64,000 nucleotides of DNA from an uncultured Gammaproteobacteria bacterium. Lineage in GTDB: Bacteria; Patescibacteriota; Patescibacteriia; Patescibacteriales; UBA12465. Made by a program: the position numbers and the translations under genes. Positions within the stretch are counted from its first letter, which is position 1. Each line of letters begins with the position of its first letter. This document shows positions 53,564 to 61,169 of this stretch, piece after piece. Below the pieces are notes generated by a model. That model made no database searches, was not told the origin of the DNA, and saw nothing but the letters and a program-made list of their open reading frames with translations. The stretch covers positions 34,325 through 98,324 of the forward strand of contig CAZMYU010000003.1 in assembly GCA_964570655.1 (NCBI GenBank). Direction: 5' to 3'.

Positions 53564-54349
53564 TTATTTGGTAAATAATTTTTTTAAAAATTTATACAAT
53601 TTAATTATTAATATTTTCCGTAAAAATACCAAGATGACGCTCCGACTAACGCTAAGTAAGTGAAAAATCTTGACTCGGAAATGATGATCGTAAGTAGTGG
53701 CTATTTGCCAAGCCTCTTGTCCAGAGCGCCACCAATGTTTTTGAGAATACCCGGGGCTATCAACAATGACTATGCTTTGACTAAGTTTCTGAAAACGACA
53801 ACCCTGGCGATAACATTTATAAATAAAGTCGGCATCAGCGGCTACTTGGTATTTGGTATCAAATTTAAATTTCTTGAGAATATCTTTGTTGACAAACAAG
53901 CTCTCATGGCCAAAAGATGGTCGTTTCCATAATCTCTCTAAATCACTAGAACTGGGACAAAAAATTAAAGTACCAGCCCTTCTCTGCCAAGAATCACCAT
54001 AGAGCAAGTCGACATCATAATCACGAGAAAAAACTTGACTTAGAACATTTCGATCATAAAAACAATCGCCAGCATGCAAAAAATTTATCCAAGTGCCACT
54101 GGCCAAATCGATCCCCTTGTTCATGGCGAAATAGATGCCTTGATCTTTTTCCGAAATAAATTTTAAACGACCATTAGACAAGGCGGCCTGTTCTTTAATG
54201 ATAGTCAAAGTATTATCAGTAGAAGCACCGTCAATTATTAAATATTCAATATTAGGATAGCTTTGACCTAAAACACTAGCTATAGTTGATTGAATCAAAT
54301 GGCCCGCATTATAAGTAACGGTAATAATTGTCACCAGTGGCTCGGACAT
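53564..54349 (-). CDS. Glycosyltransferase family 2
   Basis: 261 aa. VTIITVTYNAG, LIIDGASTDNT, HAGD. Confidence 0.85.
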   Translation of the reverse strand: MSEPLVTIITVTYNAGHLIQSTIASVLGQSYPNIEYLIIDGASTDNTLTIIKEQAALSNGRLKFISEKDQGIYFAMNKGIDLASGTWINFLHAGDCFYDRNVLSQVFSRDYDVDLLYGDSWQRRAGTLIFCPSSSDLERLWKRPSFGHESLFVNKDILKKFKFDTKYQVAADADFIYKCYRQGCRFQKLSQSIVIVDSPGYSQKHWWRSGQEAWQIATTYDHHFRVKIFHLLSVSRSVILVFLRKILIIKLYKFLKKLFTK

Positions 54350-54352
54350 AAT

Positions 54353-55024
54353 TTAAATAGTTAATCGATAAAGCCCTAGACCGTAATAAATTTCAGATCC
54401 AAGTTCGCCTAGAGCTTCCGCCCGCTGCACTTTGACCCAATTGATCTTGTCTCTTTTTATCCAATACTCTTCAGCCAGTATTTGATAACCGGCCAGTAAT
54501 TGCGGCAATCTTTTGGGACCATAAACGCGATGAAGTGAGCCAAACACAGCATCCTGCCCCACTGGCAAAGTCAATAGTATTTCTCCGCCCGGATTTAATA
54601 ATTCTCTAATTTTGACCATGGTTTTCAAATCACCATCTTCATCCTCGGGACTATTATAACGGCCCGAGAGCCCCACATGTTCAATAGTGGAGGCCAAAAC
54701 AATGCAATCAAATTTTTCTGATAAATTTAAATCGATAATATTCCCTTGCACAAAACGAAAATTGGCAAAAGAATAATCAACTTCATTATTCAAATCAACG
54801 CCAACCACTTCGTTGCCCAGTCTAGCAGCCGTAGCCGAGATAATCGAATAACAACAACCAATATCTAAAACTTTTTTTTGACGAGGTAGTAGCGCTAGCG
54901 ACCACGACCACTCCACCTGCCTATCCCCTTCTAAATTAGGGATAGCCTTAGCATTATCAACTAAAAATTTTTTCAAAACTTTATTAATAGCCAACAAAAT
55001 TTTAAGCAAAGTTTTCTTAATCAT
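54353..55024 (-). CDS. Class I SAM-dependent methyltransferase
   Basis: 223 aa. VLDIGCCYS...VVGVDL SAM-binding pattern. Confidence 0.65.
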   Translation of the reverse strand: MIKKTLLKILLAINKVLKKFLVDNAKAIPNLEGDRQVEWSWSLALLPRQKKVLDIGCCYSIISATAARLGNEVVGVDLNNEVDYSFANFRFVQGNIIDLNLSEKFDCIVLASTIEHVGLSGRYNSPEDEDGDLKTMVKIRELLNPGGEILLTLPVGQDAVFGSLHRVYGPKRLPQLLAGYQILAEEYWIKRDKINWVKVQRAEALGELGSEIYYGLGLYRLTI

Positions 55025-55040
55025 AAATTTCTAACAATTA

Positions 55041-56057
55041 TTAAAAATGTTTATAAAAATTTCGGAAAAATCCCTCTGGTGATAGCCACTCTTCCCAGGT
55101 GGCTCGACATTTCTTTTGTAAATTTTGAAAATCATCGTTTGATAAAGAATCGTGAAAACTAGCAATCCTCTCCGGCAAATCAGCCAAATCTCGCTCTTCG
55201 ATCCAAACACCCAAATTCTTCCAATCAATATAATTTTCGTAAGGCAAAACGCAATCGGTGTTTACAAAAACCGGAATCCGCCCCAAGCTCAAAGTTTCAT
55301 AAAGCCGATAAGAAAAATTGCCCTGCCCCCGAACACACAAAGAATAATCGCTATTTAATAAATTATTAACAAATTCCTGTCTAACTAGTTGAGGACTAAC
55401 TTGACTTTTGGATTGATAAATACCGCCCCAGAAACTACTACGAATTATGAAATTAGTTGAAAGTTTTTCAGATTTTTGCAAAATTTTAAGAGCCTTGGCC
55501 CTAATTAAGGCTCCAGGGTTTAAAGATCTTTTTAATATTTTTTTCAAAGCCACCAAGATCTTGGAATTAGTTGACGCATAACCACAAAAACTAATTACCG
55601 GTCTATCGTTTTTCGATCTCAGCGGTAAGACGCCCTGACAATATTTGGCCACAAAATCAGAACAAAAGCCAGGAATAGCAAATTCATTATTCTTTTTAGT
55701 GCTTTTAAAAAACGAGGTGCGAAAAATGTAGCTATCCACCAAATTAATTTCTTCGGTGGAGTCATCATTAAAAAAGAAAACGGATTTTTTTTGATGACTA
55801 GTGGCCAATGCCAAAAATTCCGAAATCCTAGGATTATCCTGACGGTATTTACCAGGAAAAACTGCCAGGTCACAATCAGCCAGACTACTTAGACCAAAAA
55901 AATTTTGACCACTGGCAAAATATTTATCAAAACGACCAAAATCTGGATCGTTTTGCTTATCTAATTTATTCCCCCAAAAAGGAACAAAAAATATTTCAAA
56001 GCGCTCAGCGGTGTCTAAAAATTTCTGATCAGAATATATCTTGATATTGGAATTCAT
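55041..56057 (-). CDS. Exostosin (GT47)-like glycosyltransferase
   Basis: 338 aa. CVRGQGNFSYRLYETLSLGRIPVFVNTD matches the exostosin C-terminal motif. Confidence 0.6.
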   Translation of the reverse strand: MNSNIKIYSDQKFLDTAERFEIFFVPFWGNKLDKQNDPDFGRFDKYFASGQNFFGLSSLADCDLAVFPGKYRQDNPRISEFLALATSHQKKSVFFFNDDSTEEINLVDSYIFRTSFFKSTKKNNEFAIPGFCSDFVAKYCQGVLPLRSKNDRPVISFCGYASTNSKILVALKKILKRSLNPGALIRAKALKILQKSEKLSTNFIIRSSFWGGIYQSKSQVSPQLVRQEFVNNLLNSDYSLCVRGQGNFSYRLYETLSLGRIPVFVNTDCVLPYENYIDWKNLGVWIEERDLADLPERIASFHDSLSNDDFQNLQKKCRATWEEWLSPEGFFRNFYKHF

Positions 56058-56075
56058 AAAAAAACATAAAACTTA

Positions 56076-56999
56076 CTAAAAATGCACAACTGTATTATAT
56101 TTATTGGGAAAAAATTCTTTTTTATCTAAATAATAATTCCAGTCCATAGATCCTCTTTGAAAAACTATTAGTGGTATATTGCCCAAATAAGAGGCGAAGG
56201 CCCCAAAACTACTATTGGCCCCAATAATCACAGCACAACTAGCCAAAAGAAATAAATCCACGCCCTCGTTTTCTCGACTAATTACCACATTCAAATTGGC
56301 AAAATCTTCGGGATTGATCTGGCCATCTGAGCAAATCACAAAAACCGTTTCGCTGAGTTTCTGATTAGATACATTTAGATATTCTTTTAAAATAATCAGT
56401 ACTTCGGCGCTAGAAAAATAATGCTGGCCACCATCATACTGTTTATAATCACCCTGACGAATATGCACGCCAACCAAGTGTTTATATTTTTTTTGCAAAG
56501 GCCAGATAATAGTCTCAACTCTTTTGGCAATTTCTAGTTGCGGTTTAAAATAATCGACAATTTCCTGATGATACTTCAACAAACCAACCAGATTACGAAA
56601 TAAACGTCCGATTAAATAGATTGGACCATCATCTTTTTCTAGACTCAACAGCCGACCGGATGATTCTTGAGTCGGGGCTAAATAAAAAATATCTTCATCG
56701 ATTATCACCCGACTAGATCTATTATTTTTAATAAACTGAACATATTTTGGATAAAGTCTTCTGAAAAAATTACGACCGCGGTAAAATGAACTAAAAAATA
56801 TCAGCCGAATCAAACGACTCCCGGACACCAAACGAAAATACTTTTGGTAGGGGAAAAAAAAGTAATTACGGCACTCAAAATTTTTGGCCAAACAATAAGC
56901 ATAGACACTAGCAAAACTCCAAAGTTGATTGCCGAGCTGACCACTGCCCGCATCTAAAATTATGACTGACTTTTTTTGTAATTTTTTCAAGAAAGCCAT
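56076..56999 (-). CDS. GT11-like (alpha-1,2-fucosyltransferase-like) glycosyltransferase
   Basis: 307 aa. GSGQLGNQLWSF and VGVHIRQGDY (GT11 motif I). Confidence 0.6.
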   Translation of the reverse strand: MAFLKKLQKKSVIILDAGSGQLGNQLWSFASVYAYCLAKNFECRNYFFFPYQKYFRLVSGSRLIRLIFFSSFYRGRNFFRRLYPKYVQFIKNNRSSRVIIDEDIFYLAPTQESSGRLLSLEKDDGPIYLIGRLFRNLVGLLKYHQEIVDYFKPQLEIAKRVETIIWPLQKKYKHLVGVHIRQGDYKQYDGGQHYFSSAEVLIILKEYLNVSNQKLSETVFVICSDGQINPEDFANLNVVISRENEGVDLFLLASCAVIIGANSSFGAFASYLGNIPLIVFQRGSMDWNYYLDKKEFFPNKYNTVVHF

Positions 57000-57008
57000 G
57001 CTATTTAT

Positions 57009-58451
57009 TTAATTCTGATAAATTCTAATAATATCATCAATGACTTCAAAAACTGCTCCTGGAAAAAAACTAGCTGCCAAATTACGAGCCTCCTCTAAGG
57101 TCGGATAATCACTGGCGCCCACAAACATCCGAGCGTCATCGATGGTAATCACGTGATTTTTAATATGATGTTTGGAAATAATTTCTAATTCTTGCCGAAT
57201 GGGTGTTTCTAAATCGCCTTTGGCCGTAAGCCCACCAGAATAATGACCATCAAGCCAAAATAGACAAGGAGTATTGATGGTTTTCAAAAGTTCAGGCAAA
57301 ACTTTGACACTATCACCCTTGAGTAGAACAATCTGCGGATATTTTCTAAATTTTTTTCGAGCCTTCTGCCAGTAACCATCATCAAGTTCAATCGAAAAAA
57401 TCTTAGGGAAAACTTTACGCATCGACTCGACCATGCCACCAGTAAAAGTACCAGTTTCAATAAAAGTTTTGAGATTAAAACGTTTTTGCAATTCAATCAT
57501 GGCGTCCTGTTTGATGCTGTGAGGTGGCGGAACTGGTCGACCGGCTGCCAACCAATCATTTAGCGCCCGAAGTTCGGTTCGCTTAGATTTGGCCTTAAAA
57601 ATTGGGGTCAATTTATACAAATCATAAATAAAGCTATTTTTTAATTTGGTTTTTAGATTCGACATAGTAATTAAAGATTGCGGATCCTGACCCAGAGCCA
57701 CAAAGTTAGAATATAAAAAATTGTCCATATGGGGATGATAAGTTCGTTTCTCCAAACATCTGGGCATCACTTTGTAGACCACAAATTTTTTGGCCTCACA
57801 AAATGCGTACAGATCACGCAAGGTTGTATGCGAATCAATATTGCAACCACCATATTCAAATTGAATAAAATCGATAAAACTAAAATCGGCATACTGGCCC
57901 AAGCCATCTAAAACAGCGAGTTCATGACCCTCGACATCAAGCTTCAAAAAATTTATCTTGGTAATTCCCTGCTCGCTAATATAATCGTCCAATCTTTTAA
58001 GATGAACCATCTCACTACTAGTAAAATCTTGGCCAGCCAAATCACGGGAGTGCAAACTATTTAAAGTATTGTTGCCGGATTTGAAAAGAGGAAATTCTCC
58101 AGATCGATTAGACAGAGCAAAATTATTTAAAATTACATTGGGCAGATTACCAAATTTATCTTGGAGTTTGACAAAGGTTTCTCGGCTCGGTTCAAAGATA
58201 TGCAAAACAAAATCTAGCCGATGCTTAACAAATTGATTAATCAAACTTTCGGAATAATCCCCAACATTGGCGCCAACATCAAAAATTACCAATTGTTTTT
58301 CTGATCCACTATAAAACTCGGCTAAATTCTCCAGAAACTTATCCTCCCCATTGATTTTAGAATCAGCCTGGTTAAAATTATCAAAATGATTTAGAAGCGA
58401 TGGACCCCAAGAGATTATCTTTTTAATTAGAGATTCATTTTTTATTTTCAT
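57009..58451 (-). CDS. Two-domain methyltransferase: N-terminal FkbM-family plus C-terminal class I SAM MTase
   Basis: 480 aa. FDVGANVGDYS and FALSNRSGEFPLF (FkbM), then FIETGTFTGGMVESM...FWLDGHYSGG (second SAM fold). Confidence 0.7.
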   Translation of the reverse strand: MKIKNESLIKKIISWGPSLLNHFDNFNQADSKINGEDKFLENLAEFYSGSEKQLVIFDVGANVGDYSESLINQFVKHRLDFVLHIFEPSRETFVKLQDKFGNLPNVILNNFALSNRSGEFPLFKSGNNTLNSLHSRDLAGQDFTSSEMVHLKRLDDYISEQGITKINFLKLDVEGHELAVLDGLGQYADFSFIDFIQFEYGGCNIDSHTTLRDLYAFCEAKKFVVYKVMPRCLEKRTYHPHMDNFLYSNFVALGQDPQSLITMSNLKTKLKNSFIYDLYKLTPIFKAKSKRTELRALNDWLAAGRPVPPPHSIKQDAMIELQKRFNLKTFIETGTFTGGMVESMRKVFPKIFSIELDDGYWQKARKKFRKYPQIVLLKGDSVKVLPELLKTINTPCLFWLDGHYSGGLTAKGDLETPIRQELEIISKHHIKNHVITIDDARMFVGASDYPTLEEARNLAASFFPGAVFEVIDDIIRIYQN

Positions 58452-58453
58452 AA

Positions 58454-59698
58454 TTATTGCTTAATTCCCTCCCAAGCCTGATCAACATACACCAAGCTAT
58501 GAATAATATTAGAACCAGTGCCAAAAAAATCACCGGACAAAACATCAAACTTAATAATATTAGAAATATAATCCAGCTCCACATCACTAGCGGACACCCG
58601 CACAGCTACCGTATAAGTGCCGGGGGTCAGCGGTATTTTTTTGATTAAACACTTGAATTTTCCTCGACCACTGATTTCTCCAAAGTCGGTACCCGTCATT
58701 TGATTATGACATAAAAAAATAGAATTATGATACTGATCCAAAATCCCAGCTCCAATAATAATATTGGACAAAGTCATGCCTTCCTTGACCTCATAATCAA
58801 AAACCAATTTATAATCTTTGCCCACGGCAATATAATCGGTTCGATACCCTTCAGCGGTTTCAAAATAACAATCAGTTATTTTCAGATCGCCATTACCGCT
58901 CCGATCAGTCCGATCTTTTAGTGACAGATCAGCTAGTTTCAAAGATTCTTTTAGATAAGATCCAATCACTTCGCTAGTTGGTCCAAACATTTTGAGCTCA
59001 CCATGATGCAACCACACGGTCTTTTGACACAAATTTTGAATAGCGCCCATATTGTGACTAACAAAAATAACAGTCCGTCCCTCAGTTCGAGCGACCTCTT
59101 CCATTTTGCCCAAACATTTTTTTTGAAACTCGGCATCGCCGACTGCCAAAACCTCATCAACAATTAAAATATCTGGCTCCATATGAGCAGCCACAGCAAA
59201 AGCCAGACGAACATACATACCACTCGAATAATATTTGACCGGAGTATCCAAAAATTTATCTACCCCCGAAAATTCTACAATTTTATCAAATTTAGCAGCA
59301 ATTTCCTGACGACTCATACCTAAAATCGCTCCATTTAAAGAAATGTTTTCCCGACCAGACAATTCTGGATGAAAACCGGTGCCGACTTCCAAGAGACTCC
59401 CAACTCGACCATTAATTTTTATTTCGCCAGTCGAAGGCGGAGTAATCTGCGACAAAATTTTAAGCAGTGTCGACTTACCAGCACCATTGGAACCAATTAC
59501 TCCCAAGATTTCTCCTGGCGCCACATTGATATTAATATTTTTCAGAGCCCAAAATTCTTCTTTTTTGTCGCGCCTCTTAAAAATTCGAAAAGGATGCTGA
59601 AAAAAATTGATCAGTGAATCACGTAAGGTCAAATAACCGCCTTTGCGATGAGCGATTTTGTATTTCTTTCCTAAATTTTTTATTTCAATGGCAAACAT
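58454..59698 (-). CDS. wzt: Polysaccharide ABC exporter ATP-binding protein (Wzt/TagH) with C-terminal beta-sandwich extension
   Basis: 414 aa. Walker A GSNGAGKST, signature YSSGM, Walker B ILIVDE, plus about 165 extra C-terminal residues resembling the Wzt_C glycan-binding domain. Confidence 0.88.
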   Translation of the reverse strand: MFAIEIKNLGKKYKIAHRKGGYLTLRDSLINFFQHPFRIFKRRDKKEEFWALKNININVAPGEILGVIGSNGAGKSTLLKILSQITPPSTGEIKINGRVGSLLEVGTGFHPELSGRENISLNGAILGMSRQEIAAKFDKIVEFSGVDKFLDTPVKYYSSGMYVRLAFAVAAHMEPDILIVDEVLAVGDAEFQKKCLGKMEEVARTEGRTVIFVSHNMGAIQNLCQKTVWLHHGELKMFGPTSEVIGSYLKESLKLADLSLKDRTDRSGNGDLKITDCYFETAEGYRTDYIAVGKDYKLVFDYEVKEGMTLSNIIIGAGILDQYHNSIFLCHNQMTGTDFGEISGRGKFKCLIKKIPLTPGTYTVAVRVSASDVELDYISNIIKFDVLSGDFFGTGSNIIHSLVYVDQAWEGIKQ

Positions 59699-59706
59699 AG
59701 ATGTTA

Positions 59707-59741
59707 ATTGAAAGATTGAATGATTGAATGATTAAATGATT
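59707..59741. repeat. ATTGAAAG-type octamer array, left arm of split copy C
   Basis: ATTGAAAGATTGAATGATTGAATGATTAAATGATT between the wzt start and the four-helix-bundle gene stop. Confidence 0.85.
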
Positions 59742-59744
59742 TGA

Positions 59745-60125
59745 CTATTTTTTCCTAGCATAATTGATTAATAGAAATTTTCTAAAATTGGATAATTGCT
59801 GAGAAATGTTTTCTAATTTTAAATAAAAAATATCAAAGTCTGCCTGATTAATGTATTGGCTATCAAGGGCGATATACAAAACAGATCTTACCTCACCAGC
59901 TGAACCTTTGGCAATATTTAAAAAATTAGCAAACTGCGAATTTGACCCTCGTTCAAACCCTTCAGCAATATTCAACATAATAGAATAAGTTGCTCTTTTT
60001 AGTTGGCTTACCAATACATAGTCTTTTTTAAACTTACAGGAACTATATATCAATTTATAAAGATCGCCAATTAGCACTCTCGAACTCTCCCAAACCGGAA
60101 CATCTTCGAATCTCTTATAATGCAT
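59745..60125 (-). CDS. Four-helix-bundle protein (23S rRNA intervening-sequence protein / Avd family)
   Basis: 126 aa. VWESSRVLIGDLYKL, SQLKRATYSIMLNIAEGFERGS, FLNIAKGSAGEVRSVLYIA are family-typical motifs. Confidence 0.85.
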   Translation of the reverse strand: MHYKRFEDVPVWESSRVLIGDLYKLIYSSCKFKKDYVLVSQLKRATYSIMLNIAEGFERGSNSQFANFLNIAKGSAGEVRSVLYIALDSQYINQADFDIFYLKLENISQQLSNFRKFLLINYARKK

Positions 60126-60174
60126 AGCATTAATTAATATCGAAGGGGGATATTTATATGTTAATTAATAAAAG

Positions 60175-60209
60175 AATCTTTCAATTTTCAATCTTTCAAT
60201 TTTTCAATC
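60175..60209. repeat. ATTGAAAG-type octamer array, right arm of split copy C
   Basis: AATCTTTCAATTTTCAATCTTTCAATTTTTCAATC ends at the wzm stop codon. About 80% complementary to 59707-59741 by hand alignment. Confidence 0.85.
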
Positions 60210-61031
60210 TTATATAATATCGGCAAAATATTTTTCGGTCTTTTTAAAATAAACAAAGCCAATAATTAATAACAACAAACAGGCCACACTAGAAATTCCC
60301 AGCAGCGTCCAATTGATTGGCGCGCCACCAAGTAGAGCCGAGCGAGCCGCTTTGATAACCCCGGTCATCGGGTTGATCGCCAAAATCCAAGAATACTTGC
60401 CGGCAATAGAAGGCGGATAAATAACTGGAGTTAAAAACAATAAAATTTGAATAAAAAATGGCAAGGCATAACGAACATCCCGATATTTGACATTGATAGC
60501 AGCCAGTAATAATCCGCCACCTAAAGCCGCCAAAAAAGAAATAAACAATAAAAGTGGAATTATAAGGAGGCCAGCCAAATTTGGAGTGTAATGATAATAA
60601 ATCATGAGCCCAATTAAAATAATAGAGGCAATAAAAAAATCAACAAACTTTACCAAAATAGTAGAGGCCGGCAAAATAATGCGCGGGAAATAAACCTTGG
60701 TAATAATTTGCTGATTGTTGATCAAAGAATTGCTAGCATCACTAAGTGAAGTTGAAAAAAATTGCCACATAATTAGCCCCACAAACACAAAAATCGGATA
60801 AGGAATACCATCGGAAGGCATTTTGGCTAATCCCCCAAAAAAAACACTAAACACTACCATAGTAATAAAGGGCTGAAACAAGGCCCAAGAAACTCCAATG
60901 GCGGTCTGCTTATAACGGACCTTTAGGTCGCGCCAAGCAAAAAATAGCAATAGCTCGCGGTATTGCCAAAATTCCCTAAAATCAGTGAAGCTTAGGGTTT
61001 TTTTAGGTTTAATAATCGTCATTATTTTCAT
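60210..61031 (-). CDS. wzm: Polysaccharide ABC exporter permease (ABC-2 type, Wzm/TagG)
   Basis: 273 aa, 6 TM. FAWRDLKVRYKQTAIGVSWALFQP is the typical ABC-2 N-terminal motif. Confidence 0.88.
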   Translation of the reverse strand: MKIMTIIKPKKTLSFTDFREFWQYRELLLFFAWRDLKVRYKQTAIGVSWALFQPFITMVVFSVFFGGLAKMPSDGIPYPIFVFVGLIMWQFFSTSLSDASNSLINNQQIITKVYFPRIILPASTILVKFVDFFIASIILIGLMIYYHYTPNLAGLLIIPLLLFISFLAALGGGLLLAAINVKYRDVRYALPFFIQILLFLTPVIYPPSIAGKYSWILAINPMTGVIKAARSALLGGAPINWTLLGISSVACLLLLIIGFVYFKKTEKYFADII

Positions 61032-61046
61032 GGTTTTTATGAATAA

Positions 61047-61075
61047 ATATTAACATAAGTATTAACAAAATTCAA
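61047..61075 (-). promoter_or_regulatory. Candidate wzm operon promoter TTGAAT-N17-TAATAT
   Basis: Minus strand ...ACGCGGTTGAATtttgttaatacttatgtTAATAT. The -35 abuts the GC hairpin. Confidence 0.45.
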
Positions 61076-61104
61076 CCGCGTAAAGCTCCTTCGTCGCCAC
61101 GCGG
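61076..61104. repeat. GC-rich hairpin CCGCGT-17 nt-ACGCGG abutting the wzm -35
   Basis: Loop AAAGCTCCTTCGTCGCC contains the CTTCG/CGAAG motif seen in the other GC-rich elements. Confidence 0.6.
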
Positions 61105-61112
61105 CAAGGTAT

Positions 61113-61142
61113 CAAAAAAGAGGACCCGAAGGCCCTCTTTTT
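61113..61142 (-). terminator. Rho-independent terminator of the large surface-protein gene
   Basis: Minus strand GAGGGCCttcgGGTCCTCtttttt. UUCG loop. The G-U pair exists only in the minus-strand RNA. Confidence 0.8.
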
Positions 61143-61169
61143 CTTGGTATATCAACTTGCTAAATAGAA

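Noticed and set aside
55031-55228. 65-aa ORF overlapping the 3' end of the exostosin-like gene
   Set aside because: Same strand but a different frame, inside a longer gene with recognisable motifs. No independent signals.
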